From Andalucia godoyi And28 (Eukaryota; Protista; Jakobida): DNA of 64,000 nt. The translations under genes were made by a program, and so were the position numbers. The notes under the pieces were generated by a model that did no database searches, was not told the DNA's origin, and saw only the letters and a program-made list of their open reading frames with translations. Positions within the stretch are counted from its first letter, which is position 1, and each line of letters opens with the position of its first letter. This document shows positions 32,961 through 44,219 of this stretch, piece by piece. The stretch spans positions 199,491 through 263,490 of the forward strand of contig VRVR01000025.1 in NCBI GenBank assembly GCA_009859145.1. The letters are read 5' to 3'.

Positions 32961-35900
32961 TTATTCCGGAGGATCTGCTCGGGATTTTCCTCTAGAGGAA
33001 CGCACCCCAGATGGCTTGGATGGAGGCTGGGGCTTGTCCTTTGAGTCTGCAAGTGCGATATGACCGCCTTTCGCAATGCGATCCAGCACAAGTGCAATGT
33101 GCTTTGTAACACGACTGGTGTCGGATGGGAACGAGATGGGAAGAGGTACCGAAGAGGCTTCCTTGGCATTTTTCGCCAAGGAAGTTCGCAGCAAATGCGT
33201 CATCGCGGCATCCACAGTCTCCTCCCAACCCTGGTCATGCACTCCCTCTCCTGCATTCATGTCCACAAAGCCAGTCGTGGAAGGAGTCATCATTTGCTGC
33301 AACACAACATAATCTTCCTCTGGAATTGCAAACCGCAATTTGGCGAGCAGTAAAACCAGGTTTGTGGCACTGTTCACCCGGCTCTGCCAAACCTGGATGT
33401 CGCGTTGGGTTTTCTGCACTTCTCTGGCACAAACACGGATTTGTTCGTAGCTTGATTCCAGCAAGAGATCCATGGAGAGCAGCGGGGCCGGATTCTTGTC
33501 CTTGTAGCGGACAAGAAGGCGCTTCTGAATTGCACGCAGCTGGTGACACAGCTTGCCCAGTTGGGCATCCAATTGCCGTAGCTTGGAACGACTTGCGAAA
33601 TGCGACTCTATGATCTCAAAATACTCCTTCATTGGCAAGGGCTCGGAAAATGAGAACAACACCTTCTTTTGTTTTCCACTCGAAAGACGGGAAATGAGGT
33701 CTTGGGTTACAATGGCCATTGCAGGCAAAGACGATCCTTGAATGCGGAACTTTGCGCCGGTTTTGGAGGTCTGCACGGAGCAAGTCTCCAGCGGGGAGTC
33801 AAAGAGCTGGACTGCAAACGACGAGGACGTCACGTGTCTCAGCACCTCGTCCGACACTCTTGAGAGATCCTTGTACACGTCGATCATCGACGGACAGGAC
33901 TCAAGATCGCATTCCACCATGAACCGATAGACCGACACCGCTTGTGAAGCCGGTGAACCATCTGAAGAATCCGCAGAAGACTGATTTCCCGCGTTAGCAA
34001 CTGCACGAGACATCGGGATGCATTGGGCAGCCATTAGAATTGGAAGCGTCGCTGAGGATTCGGTAGACTGTGGTTCCCCAGAGCCCGGCAGGCTATACGT
34101 GGCTCGAACTGCGACTTCTAAGGTTGCGGGAATGCCACGACCAGGAACTGCTCGAATTGATACTGGAAACACGAGGGGAGTGGACGGCACATTCCCCACA
34201 GGGGGAGGAATTGTTGGTACAGCAATGGACTCCTCCACAAGTAAGAATCCATCTGGAACTCTGAATGACAACACAAGACCTTCCAGAGGTTCGCTCCCAC
34301 CATACGTTACCGCGACACGCAGCATTGCCGTCCTCAGCACCTGCTCATCACCATCGTCACCATGATCATCCCCATTACCATCTGCATCGCCAACGCCAGC
34401 GCTGCTCTTTTGCGACGAGGCAGACAGAGAGGACGTTGACTTTGACAACAGGAGCGAGTCCAACGACGGCCCATTCGAAACGTCGGAAACCTGAATTGAC
34501 AGTGTAATCGCAGAAGCCGAGCGCTTGGAAGCTCGTGATCCCTGTGCTCCGTCTGCAACCTTGTTTTTCACAAGCTGCTGAAGCCTCTTGTGCTCCTTGT
34601 CCATGGACTCATAGTCCAAATCCTTACTTTCGACCACCACTGGTGGCTCTGTCGCTGGATCCGTGCCCAGGTACAACAGCGACAGTCGGCCAGTGTCTTC
34701 AAGAAGCACAATAAGTCCACCTTGGCCAGCAAAAGAACCGATTGCCACTGCGACGGGAACAGAGGCAAGCCCTTCCTCGCTCTTCACCTCTCCTTCGGTT
34801 GAATGGAACGAGTTAAGAGACAGAGGAAGTTTGGCGGCCCACAGCACTTTGGTTCCGGAATCCCCGTACACCATGAGCATTCCCGTGTGTGAAGCAACCA
34901 AGACATTGTTGTTTGATTGACTGGAGCTTATGAGAGGAGCAGAAGGAGCATTGTGCGTGGCCGAGGTCTGTGAAGGTGCAGGATACGCAACCATGCACGA
35001 GGGGAAATAGTCCAGTTTCTTCTGCGATTTGATGTTGCCCTGTTCAGAGAGCACCATGAGCGACCGTTCACTCAAGACAACCAGTTCGCCTCCGAGAGAA
35101 CTCGCGGTATTGCTTGCAGGTCCAGAGTTTGGCGCGGAGATCCTTGTGGGAATCACTGCAACTCCAGCCTCCCCCATGTTGAATTTCCAGTCCGGGGCAG
35201 CAGTTCGTCCTTTCTCCTCTGTTCCAATGATGGAGTTGCTGCTGCTCTTGCCCTCGCCAGAGCCACTTGAAGCAGCAGAAGACTGCGAAGCGGCCGACGG
35301 CTCTTCCTTCATGGACGCCAATGCGTGGAACCGGAATGCAACAATCTCTCCGATAGAATTTGCAACGACAATGGAGTCTGTTCTTTGCACATATGCCATT
35401 GGACCGGGAATTAAGATGTGAGGAAGAAATCTGGAGAACAGCACACTTTCCCCGTCGACAACGGTGATGATGCCGTCGAGAGACTGCACCGCGATTCGAT
35501 CCTTCGCCGCTGTCCCAAGCCCCATCGGACCGTACGTCATGTTGAAGCAGCCGCGTGGAAACGCATGCTCAAACAACAAAGTGTGTGTCAGTGTTCCAGA
35601 CGCATGGCTCGTCCCCTTTGCAGGAGAAACCAAGTAGACTGCAAGCGATTTTGGATGCAGTACCGCCAACGACACCGCCACCGGCTGTTGCTGCTGCTGC
35701 TGCTGTTGTAGTTGGTACGACGATTGGGCGCCGAGAGCCGGAGCAAAAGAGTGGAACTTCCCAATAGCAATTCCGAGAACTGGAGCAAGCAGGTTGATCT
35801 CCATCAGCAGATCATCCGCTGCAAAGCCCATTGCATGCGGCGCAAAAACACGAACATATCCTCCAAACGATCCAACAACAATCTTCATGCTTGCGTCCGG

Positions 35901-35999
35901 CGAGTTGTCGACATTCCCAATCGCAAGCGAACACACATCATGCTCCTCATCCACTCCACACTGCGTGCTCCAAAACTCACGTGCCCGAAATAACGACAT
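32961..35999 (-). CDS. BBS9: BBSome subunit BBS9/PTHB1
   Basis: MSLFRAREFWST, KIVVGSF, VQSLDG, LYLGTDP and QLRAIQKRLLVRYKDKNPAPL. The poly-Glu extension up to 36170 is a GAA/GGA repeat, probably UTR. Confidence 0.93.
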   Translation of the reverse strand: MSLFRAREFWSTQCGVDEEHDVCSLAIGNVDNSPDASMKIVVGSFGGYVRVFAPHAMGFAADDLLMEINLLAPVLGIAIGKFHSFAPALGAQSSYQLQQQQQQQQPVAVSLAVLHPKSLAVYLVSPAKGTSHASGTLTHTLLFEHAFPRGCFNMTYGPMGLGTAAKDRIAVQSLDGIITVVDGESVLFSRFLPHILIPGPMAYVQRTDSIVVANSIGEIVAFRFHALASMKEEPSAASQSSAASSGSGEGKSSSNSIIGTEEKGRTAAPDWKFNMGEAGVAVIPTRISAPNSGPASNTASSLGGELVVLSERSLMVLSEQGNIKSQKKLDYFPSCMVAYPAPSQTSATHNAPSAPLISSSQSNNNVLVASHTGMLMVYGDSGTKVLWAAKLPLSLNSFHSTEGEVKSEEGLASVPVAVAIGSFAGQGGLIVLLEDTGRLSLLYLGTDPATEPPVVVESKDLDYESMDKEHKRLQQLVKNKVADGAQGSRASKRSASAITLSIQVSDVSNGPSLDSLLLSKSTSSLSASSQKSSAGVGDADGNGDDHGDDGDEQVLRTAMLRVAVTYGGSEPLEGLVLSFRVPDGFLLVEESIAVPTIPPPVGNVPSTPLVFPVSIRAVPGRGIPATLEVAVRATYSLPGSGEPQSTESSATLPILMAAQCIPMSRAVANAGNQSSADSSDGSPASQAVSVYRFMVECDLESCPSMIDVYKDLSRVSDEVLRHVTSSSFAVQLFDSPLETCSVQTSKTGAKFRIQGSSLPAMAIVTQDLISRLSSGKQKKVLFSFSEPLPMKEYFEIIESHFASRSKLRQLDAQLGKLCHQLRAIQKRLLVRYKDKNPAPLLSMDLLLESSYEQIRVCAREVQKTQRDIQVWQSRVNSATNLVLLLAKLRFAIPEEDYVVLQQMMTPSTTGFVDMNAGEGVHDQGWEETVDAAMTHLLRTSLAKNAKEASSVPLPISFPSDTSRVTKHIALVLDRIAKGGHIALADSKDKPQPPSKPSGVRSSRGKSRADPPE

Positions 36000-36342
36000 T
36001 TCCCCGTCTTCTTTTCCCCTTTCCCCTTTCCCTTTCCCTGCCTCCTCTGCCTCTGCCTCTTCTTCTCCCTCTCCTTCTCCTTCTCCTTCTCCTTCTCCTT
36101 CTTCTTCTTCTTCTTCTTCTTCTTCTCTATTTGGAAAAATCATCCAGCAAATAAAACAAAACGAAAACACAAAAGTAAAAAAATCCTATTCGTCCATTGA
36201 AACATGGTTTCTAGCATCAATTGAGGATATGCGCTTTCTCTTTTTTCGGCTGTAAAAAGAAGACACACCTGTTCGATGGAAGACGATCGACTCTTATTTT
36301 TCTTCTTCTTCCGATTAGCCATTGCTGGAAGCTTGTAAGAGA

Positions 36343-36906
36343 ATGAGCAGGAGAAGCGTCTCGCTGCCGGACGGTGTTCCCAAATCGAGAAGACCCGTGT
36401 CTGCGCCCGCTCGTCGAGATGTCCGAGACAGCTCGCAGAGACGTACTGCGAGAAAATCCACTACGACCGGTGATGAGCAACGGGCTGGTAGCGGTAAGAA
36501 AGGCGGGCGTGTGTGTTCGTGGGAAGGCGACTTGTACGAAGAGCTTGCACGGACACAGCTGTCGTCGGATGCACGGTCGTTGCAGCTTGCGTCGGCGCAG
36601 CAGGAACTTGCGATGCTGGAGAATGTGCTGAAGCAACTGCGGTCAGCGATCTGCGCAAAGCAAAAGGAAGTCGCATTGAAGAACGACCGCTTGGAGTCCG
36701 TCGCACGGCAGTCGCACATCCTGCGAGAGCAGACTCCGTTGCAGTACCGAGACTCGCTCGTAAAGAAGCTGCAGAGTGCGAGAGACGAGTCGGAAAAGTG
36801 GGGACGAGCGCTCGAGCAGTACGAACATGAGGAGCACGAGTGGGAAAGGAAGCTCCGAGCTTTGAATGACTGGAGAGTCGTCCTCTTTTCTTCGTCCATC
36901 ATGTAG
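36343..36906 (+). CDS. Hypothetical coiled-coil protein (187 aa)
   Basis: Basic disordered N-terminus followed by heptad-like helices; divergent from BBS9. Confidence 0.55.
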   Translation: MSRRSVSLPDGVPKSRRPVSAPARRDVRDSSQRRTARKSTTTGDEQRAGSGKKGGRVCSWEGDLYEELARTQLSSDARSLQLASAQQELAMLENVLKQLRSAICAKQKEVALKNDRLESVARQSHILREQTPLQYRDSLVKKLQSARDESEKWGRALEQYEHEEHEWERKLRALNDWRVVLFSSSIM

Positions 36907-37211
36907 CACTCCAAGGCCTGAAACCGCCTACCTGTTTTTGTAAATATTTGCACCGTTTCAAACACTGTTCCAACTTTCCACCCTCGAGTTGACAAGCTTA
37001 CCCGCAGTGAAACTGCAGGAAAACGATGAGGAAACCGGCTGTAGAATCCTTTTTCCTTGTGGTTTTCATTCCCGCCAAATCCGCGGTGTTGTTTATCTGC
37101 TGTTGTTTATTAGCTGTTGTTGTTGTGCTCCTTCTGCGACTGAGGCCACGTGTGTATGTTATGAAATTGAGCACAGCCGGAGATAGTCGAATTTTTGAAT
37201 TTAGAATTTAT

Positions 37212-37212
<1 letters not shown>

Positions 37213-37244
<32 letters not shown>
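37213..37244. repeat. (TG)n microsatellite followed by a GA-rich tract
   Basis: Direct reading, just upstream of ATG 37268. Confidence 0.9.
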
Positions 37245-37251
<7 letters not shown>

Positions 37252-37267
37252 GGAGAGAGAGGGAGAT

Positions 37268-40012
37268 ATGTTCCGAGGATTCACATCAAAGACGATTGGA
37301 GGGGTGGGGAATCTGGCGGAGGATGACTGTGCATCGACGACGTCGTCTTCCGACTCTGGCGAGTCGCCTTGTCAGTCGCAAGTGGATGCGTACCCGTTTG
37401 GAGGATCGTTTTCTGCATCGTTGGGGCTTCCGGACCTGTCAAACACATATCCGTATCCACGCAACTACGGCCTGAGCAATGAGTCTCCGCTGTTCTTGGC
37501 TCAGTTTCCGCACACAACGGCGCCACAGGACGCGGAAGAGCCGTCCCTAGTTTCACTCGCGGACCAGTTTTACCCGCCTTCCGTTAGCGAAGTGTTCTCA
37601 TTCGAATATGACTTCTCCGTGTTTTCTGCGATCAACGCGGTGCATTTCGCTACGCCAAAACCGTTCATTCCGTGTTCTGTGCGCGAGTTGTTTTCTGCGG
37701 TGATCGCCGGTGGCGGATTTCATGTCGTTTCTGCACGACCGAAAGGCTGGGACCTGCTGTACCAAGTCATAATGAGTGGGGGGTTTGCAAAAATGTTGCG
37801 TGCCGAACAACAGTGGCGACCAGAGGACGCGACACGCGAGAGGTGCGCGACGACTGCGCGCAATCTGAGCTGCAGTAACCGTGGTGTGGGCATCCTTGCG
37901 CTGGCTCCGGATGATGTCGCCCGTCGCATGGAAAGAGGAACCACGGACCACTTGCTGGAGCCCGAATGTGCATCCGACAGTCACAACCGTTTTCTTCACG
38001 GCTCTGTGCCAACGCTGGAGCACGTTGGTCTACGGCTTCGTTCGTTCTACATGGGAGCGTTGGCGAGCTACGAGTCGCCCCTTGTGTACGAAGCATGCCA
38101 ATGGAATACTAGATCCGTGACGAGTCGCACTGGTCTGTTTGTGCAGGTCGTCGGCTCAAAAAAGCTGTATATTGACATCAAACCGGGAATGCCTGTTTTA
38201 GCTCCCCAGATGGCGCGGGCGTCGTGGTCGCATGCACACGGCGTGTTTACCGTGTATCTTCACTCCTTGTTTACCCCGCTCATCTCGTTGGGCGACTCCG
38301 CTGTCCATTCCAATTCGTCGTATCGCAAGTTTGTCACGAACCTCACGGAGAATTCTCTGTGGGTCGAAGAGACCCGAGAGTTTCTTCCGATTGGTGATAT
38401 CGATCTGTCTCGCGTACCACAAGGGTCTGTCGTTCTGGACGTCGAGAGCGAAAAACTATTGGTATTTTGCTCAGTGCGACGGGCACAGGCGCCGCGAGCT
38501 GCCGCATCTGCATCTGCTACCGGCTCAGCATTTTCGAGCACGCTGAGTGGTTCATTGTCTTCTCCGACGACGGAGACGAATTCTCCGCTGTTCAAACGCG
38601 CGGGGGTTGTTCGAGGTGTGATTTACGGAAAGCTGATCGAGTGCGATCCAGGACTGATGCGAATGTTTGCGGGCGAAGAAGTGGAGACCTCTTTGCATGT
38701 TCGGTTCAAAGTGGCGGATTTCGCAGCGGATTGCATTGTCCGTCCGTACTCCATGCCTGCCCGTAAATTGGCTGTCCGGACGTTCATGTATGCACACTGG
38801 GTGGTGGCGAACGGATACTTGACGGAGGCGGATATTGGAAAGCCGCTGCGGTTCTCATCCGACTTGGATTCGGATTCCGAGGGCGATTCCGAAGCAGAAG
38901 GAGAGGTGAAGACCGAGGCGGTCTCTTCGGATATGCCGATTGACGGATTTGCAGAAATGTCAGACAGCGACATATGTTCAGGGGTCAGCGAGCCCGTATC
39001 AAAGAGCAAACCAGAAGACGAAGTGCTCATCCTGGACGAATTTATATTCTTTGATGCGAATACCGGACAGCTGGTTCCGATCGATGCCATCGTGGATGTT
39101 CGCAAGAAGCAGCAGTATCAGTTGGATCCTGACACGAATGCGCTCTTGGAGTCCCAGGATGCGGTACTCACGAGCGTTCAATCCGTCGCGAAAGGCGGCG
39201 GATCGGATGCGTCGGCAACTCCAAACATTCTCGTAAGTGCGTGCGGGCGCATACTGTCGTCCATGCCTCTGCCGCATGTTGACTGCTCCAAACCGCTGTT
39301 CCTTGCGCAGATTACCGAGTGGTCTGTCCAGTACACCGGCATCCTTTCATTGTGGGTTCTGTCGTCCTCGGACCAATGGTACGTTCTCGGAAACCCTCAT
39401 CCAAGCTATGTGCCCATGTACCGCCGCATCCACCAGCGGATGTCTTGGGAAGTGGGAATCTTCAATGCGATCCTTGACGCGCGTCCTGAACGATCGCCAA
39501 GATCGCGGAGCCCGGCGGAAGACGCCGATGATGATGACCAGCAGCTATCTGTATTTGCACTCGTTGACATTGTAGTTCGATCCTTTGGGGGGCGTCTTGA
39601 ATGGATGTTTGACCGACTATTGCTCGAGGACGTCCGAAAGTCTCTTGCGAAGTTTTATGAAGACGGCGACGAGCCGTTTCCGGCTTGCGTCTCTGAATTT
39701 TTCACCATGATCGAGAACCCGCAGCGTCTTATTGCAAGTGCGTCCTCTGCCGGGGTGCTCAGTGCCATCCAGTCCGATGCAAAGAGCATCCATCGTGCAG
39801 TCCTGTCTCGTAAGGAGGTCTTGTCTTCCGAGTCGCGGTGTATGGTGGCAGAGCATGCGCGGGTTCGAACGATTTCCGAGGCTATCGAAGCGAACGCGGC
39901 GTCCAAAGCCAGGAATCCGTGCCGCATCCCCGGCCCCTTTGACATTGCGCATCCAGACTTCCACCGGCCGCAGTCCATCGGGAGTACTATCCAGCAACAA
40001 GACAAGCAATGA
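37268..40012 (+). CDS. Chromatin-reader-like protein with putative BAH and RFTS (DNMT1-RFD) domains
   Basis: 914-aa ORF. LDEFIFFDANTGQLVPID...AQITEWSVQY...WYVLGNPHPSYVPMY resembles RFTS; IKPGMPVL...SLWVEETREFLPIGDI resembles BAH. The ORF is solid; the domain calls are by eye. Confidence 0.6.
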   Translation: MFRGFTSKTIGGVGNLAEDDCASTTSSSDSGESPCQSQVDAYPFGGSFSASLGLPDLSNTYPYPRNYGLSNESPLFLAQFPHTTAPQDAEEPSLVSLADQFYPPSVSEVFSFEYDFSVFSAINAVHFATPKPFIPCSVRELFSAVIAGGGFHVVSARPKGWDLLYQVIMSGGFAKMLRAEQQWRPEDATRERCATTARNLSCSNRGVGILALAPDDVARRMERGTTDHLLEPECASDSHNRFLHGSVPTLEHVGLRLRSFYMGALASYESPLVYEACQWNTRSVTSRTGLFVQVVGSKKLYIDIKPGMPVLAPQMARASWSHAHGVFTVYLHSLFTPLISLGDSAVHSNSSYRKFVTNLTENSLWVEETREFLPIGDIDLSRVPQGSVVLDVESEKLLVFCSVRRAQAPRAAASASATGSAFSSTLSGSLSSPTTETNSPLFKRAGVVRGVIYGKLIECDPGLMRMFAGEEVETSLHVRFKVADFAADCIVRPYSMPARKLAVRTFMYAHWVVANGYLTEADIGKPLRFSSDLDSDSEGDSEAEGEVKTEAVSSDMPIDGFAEMSDSDICSGVSEPVSKSKPEDEVLILDEFIFFDANTGQLVPIDAIVDVRKKQQYQLDPDTNALLESQDAVLTSVQSVAKGGGSDASATPNILVSACGRILSSMPLPHVDCSKPLFLAQITEWSVQYTGILSLWVLSSSDQWYVLGNPHPSYVPMYRRIHQRMSWEVGIFNAILDARPERSPRSRSPAEDADDDDQQLSVFALVDIVVRSFGGRLEWMFDRLLLEDVRKSLAKFYEDGDEPFPACVSEFFTMIENPQRLIASASSAGVLSAIQSDAKSIHRAVLSRKEVLSSESRCMVAEHARVRTISEAIEANAASKARNPCRIPGPFDIAHPDFHRPQSIGSTIQQQDKQ

Positions 40013-40101
40013 CACCACCTGGCACATGCACCAACGCAGACGCCGACAATGGCAACATAAAAAGAAAGAAAAAGAAAGATAAAGAAAAGGACCAGGATCG
40101 T

Positions 40102-40569
<468 letters not shown>

Positions 40570-40618
40570 TTAAACAAAGAAGGAAGAAAAAAAATAGTTA
40601 TAATAATAAAAATGTTAT

Positions 40619-40650
40619 AATATATATATATATATATATAGTATATATAT
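40619..40650. repeat. (AT)n microsatellite
   Basis: Direct reading. Confidence 0.85.
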
Positions 40651-41453
40651 AATAAAATAAAATAAAAAAATGAAAGGAATAAAAAGCCTCGGAAATCGAA
40701 CAAGAAGAACAGCAAAAAGGCTTGGAGGGAAATGGCGGATGTTTATGACTTAGGAATGCATAAGGGGAAAAAGCTGTTGAATTCGAAATGCGCCCTTTGG
40801 TGCAAACCCGGGGGGGGGAGAGGGAGGGCTGGGCGTGGGCTGGGAAAACAAGAATGGGGCGGGGGTGGGTTGCATATGAGAAAAAGAGAGGCTGACATGT
40901 CAGTCGGTGTCAGCGACCTGCAAAAAGCCCATTTGACGCATGCAAGTGCGACGTAGCCAAAGACGTCGTATACTCTTCAGAAGACTAGCGCTTATCCGGA
41001 TGCTACCAACTCCGGGGTGTCCTCGTTTTTTTAAAGGAAAAAAATATCATTGTCCTGCACTACAGTCCGACGACCCTATTCTGGGTTTTCCACAGAAAGA
41101 AAGACGCTTGATCCTTGAGGCTACAAAAAAAAACCAAGCACCGGATAAAACATCAGTCTTCCGCAAACAGCAAAGAAGACAGCGAAACTTCTCGGTGTGT
41201 CTCCTTTCTTTCTTCACACACGCATACATATATATACAGACACACATACACACGCACGTACGTACGTACATACAAATATACATACAACCCCTTGATAGTA
41301 GCAGACCGCGGAGCTCACCCATCCAAGAAAGTATAGGTGCGCGAAATACGAATCAGTCAGCCAGTCAGCCAGTAGTAGATCATCTCGCTGTTCCGTGTCA
41401 TGTCATTGTGACCGGAGGCCGAGTGTTGATTAGTACATCATTCAAGGTTGGAA

Positions 41454-44219
41454 ATGAAAAGTAGCAGTTTTGATTCGGGCTCTTCCTCTTCGTCTTCGTC
41501 GTCTGCAAGTACATTATCACCACCCAATAGCGGCGGCGCCAGCAGCAGCAGTGGGAGTAGCAGCAGCAGCAGTGGGAGTAGCAGTGGTGCTGGAGGTGGT
41601 TCATCTGGAGGCGAGCCGTCCAAGGCCAGTCGTCGGATGCAGAATATTGCGTGGATTGACCCGCCGCGGTTTTTTGGGGTTGTAGAACAGCAGATTGAGT
41701 CGCTTCGGATCTATGCAGAGTACTTGCAGGAGCGATCGCACATTGAAGAGCGGTACGCAAAGTCGCTTTCGTCACTCGAAAAACAGACGCTATGCAAACT
41801 GGATCTTTTCATCGGGGGCGACTCGCTCAAAAGAACGGCTGGGGCATGCCACGAGGAAATCGATGCGACTGCGACCGCGCATTACCATCTGTCTTCTGCA
41901 TTAACGACAGCTGTCGTGCCTGTGCTCCTGACCGCGCACAGAGAACACACTGCAAAGTTCAAGGCGACGACCATCGAGCTTTCACGACTCGACAAGCAGT
42001 TTGCAAGCGTGCGGACGTACACAGAAAAGTCGAGAGAAAAGTACTGCAAGGCTTGCAAGGCTGTCGAGTCTGCGCTGGATAAACACGGGCTGTCCGCGTA
42101 TGCAATTCGATCTTATATGGATTCCATGTCGATGCCACATTCTTCATCGTCATCTGCATCGTCGTCTTCATTGTCTTCTTCTTTATCATCATCGACGTCC
42201 TCGTCGTCGTCATCATCATCATCATCATCGTCATCGACGTCCTCGTCATTACCAACGCTACACCAATCATCGTCGTCAGCATCGTCGTCGTCGTCAGGGT
42301 CGCTCGCTACTCAAGGAAGTTCCAGCAGTGGAAACACAGAGAGTTTTGGATTGTTTCGAGGGAAGAGCAGCGGCGAGGAAAAGACAGCAAAGCTTGTAAT
42401 GGATGCGATTTCTGCAGAGAAGCAGTACAAGGAAGCTGTTTCGCAGTTTGAGCATTTTAAGAAAGTGATGTTTCGATCAAGACAGGAGATTTTTTGTACA
42501 TTGGCGCAGATCTTACGTGGTGCCATCAACGCCTTGCACTCGTCAGCAGTGCACGCGACTTCCTCGTTCTGTGCGCTTCCGAAATCTTTGTTTGAGTCCA
42601 CGCAAAATGCAATGGACGTCGCGCGGGAATCGCGGTCCGAAGAAGATGTCAGATCTTGTGTGCTTGGCTGTCTCTCGCGCACTTCTCGAATTTCGTCTCC
42701 TTCTGCAAAGCCGTCCATGAGCCACTCTGGTTCATGGTCTTTGCTGAACGCGCCGTTTTCGTCAGCTGCTGGCAGTTCGACGAACTCACAAGGAAGCTCG
42801 GCTTCCTCGACCAGGACAATGTCTCCCAACCACCCAGCATTTGGTTCTCCTGCGCCTGGACACGGAACTGGCCCTGGTCCTGGCAGTCGTGGTGCGTCTG
42901 CGTCACCATCGAATGCAAGTGCTTCGGATCTCATCTCGGTTTCCCCATTTCCTTATGATGGTGAAGACCGATTTCCGATCTTGGCGAACGAAGACTTTTC
43001 CATCTCTGAGAATGCCTTCTCCGTCACACAAGTTTCCCAATCGAGTGTTCGGCTGTTGGAGCGTTGCTTTGTCGACTATGATGAGCAGTTTATGATCCGC
43101 TTTGTTCCGTATGACGGTGTTCGACCTTGGGGAGATGTTCCTTCTTCTTCTTCTTCTTCTTCTTCTTCTTCTTTTTCTGGCTCAGCATCATCGTCCATGA
43201 CCTCCGGTCTTGGTGCGTCGGCATCGTCAGGCACATTGACAGCGTCAAATTCACGGACATCATCTTTGGTGAGCCACGTGGATGCAAATGCCGGGAGCAG
43301 TGGAGACGCAGCGGTGTTTTCCCCCATTTCAAGACCGCCTGGCTCTTCTGACGGACTCGATTCACAGTCTTCTTCGGCATTGAATCCAGCGAGTATTACG
43401 GACCGCGGCAACAGCCGTCCGCAGTCTCCTGAAACATCTGCCGTGAGTCCCGAAACTGCAAAATATGAGCAGTTGGAGAGCATGCATGTGATTGCGCTTC
43501 TGTCCTCCAATCTTTCAGTCAAGGATTTTCATGTCCAGTTTCTCATGGAGTGCATGTCGTCGAAAGACGGTCGTCTTGCATTGTGCAGAATTCTCAACAT
43601 GGCTCGTGTTGAGCACGGAAAGCGGCAACTGCAGCTTGATTCTTATCACTCGCTGGTTGCACTGTTTGCAAAGGCGCTGGATGAACTGACTGTTGTTGTC
43701 GATGCCCGCTGTGCTCGGCTGCTTATCAACATGGCCCAGACGTACTTTTACGTCCTGGAGAATGGGACGCACCGCTACGTCTCTGAGGAACTCAAATCTC
43801 ATCCTACGCTCCAGGACATGCGCTTTTGGGAAGCGGCCTTCTTTGATGCCGTTCAGTGTGAGAAGGATCGGACCAGGCAAAACCCATCGCATGGTCCGTC
43901 TTCTGCCCATGCAATGCAGGTGCACCAAGCCTCGCTACCTGCCACTTCTTCCAATGCAAGCGGATCGGCGGCGGCGAACAATGCTGCTGCACTTCGTTCG
44001 TGGAAGCAGCTGGACGAAGCAGCGCGAGCCGAGCAACTTGTGCACGAGGAAAACACCGTCTTTGGCCAGCTTACATCCTATGCCTTCAACATGCCGCTCT
44101 TCGGAGTGTCGACCGCGAAAACCGCCGCGTTCATTGAAAAGATGTGCAACATCCACGAGCTCAATGATGCGTATCGTCTGACTCTCAAGTCCCAATTCGA
44201 TCCTCACCACTCTTCGTAA
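41454..44219 (+). CDS. FCH/F-BAR protein with C-terminal SBF2-like (DENN-associated) region
   Basis: F-BAR start YLQERSHIEERYAKSL and AEKQYKEAV; C-terminal GRLALCRILN...LINMAQTYF...LKSHPTLQDMRFWEAAFFD...VFGQLTSYAFNM; long Ser runs. Confidence 0.7.
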   Translation: MKSSSFDSGSSSSSSSSASTLSPPNSGGASSSSGSSSSSSGSSSGAGGGSSGGEPSKASRRMQNIAWIDPPRFFGVVEQQIESLRIYAEYLQERSHIEERYAKSLSSLEKQTLCKLDLFIGGDSLKRTAGACHEEIDATATAHYHLSSALTTAVVPVLLTAHREHTAKFKATTIELSRLDKQFASVRTYTEKSREKYCKACKAVESALDKHGLSAYAIRSYMDSMSMPHSSSSSASSSSLSSSLSSSTSSSSSSSSSSSSSTSSSLPTLHQSSSSASSSSSGSLATQGSSSSGNTESFGLFRGKSSGEEKTAKLVMDAISAEKQYKEAVSQFEHFKKVMFRSRQEIFCTLAQILRGAINALHSSAVHATSSFCALPKSLFESTQNAMDVARESRSEEDVRSCVLGCLSRTSRISSPSAKPSMSHSGSWSLLNAPFSSAAGSSTNSQGSSASSTRTMSPNHPAFGSPAPGHGTGPGPGSRGASASPSNASASDLISVSPFPYDGEDRFPILANEDFSISENAFSVTQVSQSSVRLLERCFVDYDEQFMIRFVPYDGVRPWGDVPSSSSSSSSSSFSGSASSSMTSGLGASASSGTLTASNSRTSSLVSHVDANAGSSGDAAVFSPISRPPGSSDGLDSQSSSALNPASITDRGNSRPQSPETSAVSPETAKYEQLESMHVIALLSSNLSVKDFHVQFLMECMSSKDGRLALCRILNMARVEHGKRQLQLDSYHSLVALFAKALDELTVVVDARCARLLINMAQTYFYVLENGTHRYVSEELKSHPTLQDMRFWEAAFFDAVQCEKDRTRQNPSHGPSSAHAMQVHQASLPATSSNASGSAAANNAAALRSWKQLDEAARAEQLVHEENTVFGQLTSYAFNMPLFGVSTAKTAAFIEKMCNIHELNDAYRLTLKSQFDPHHSS

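Noticed and set aside
36000-36170. Poly-Glu N-terminal extension of BBS9
   Set aside because: It derives from a GAA/GGA repeat; the conserved BBS9 start MSLFRAREFW begins at 35999.
40948-41032. Small hairpins ending in T7, resembling a Pol III snRNA or U3 gene
   Set aside because: Only fragmentary similarity to U2/U3 5' ends; no Sm site, C/D boxes or A/B boxes could be supported.
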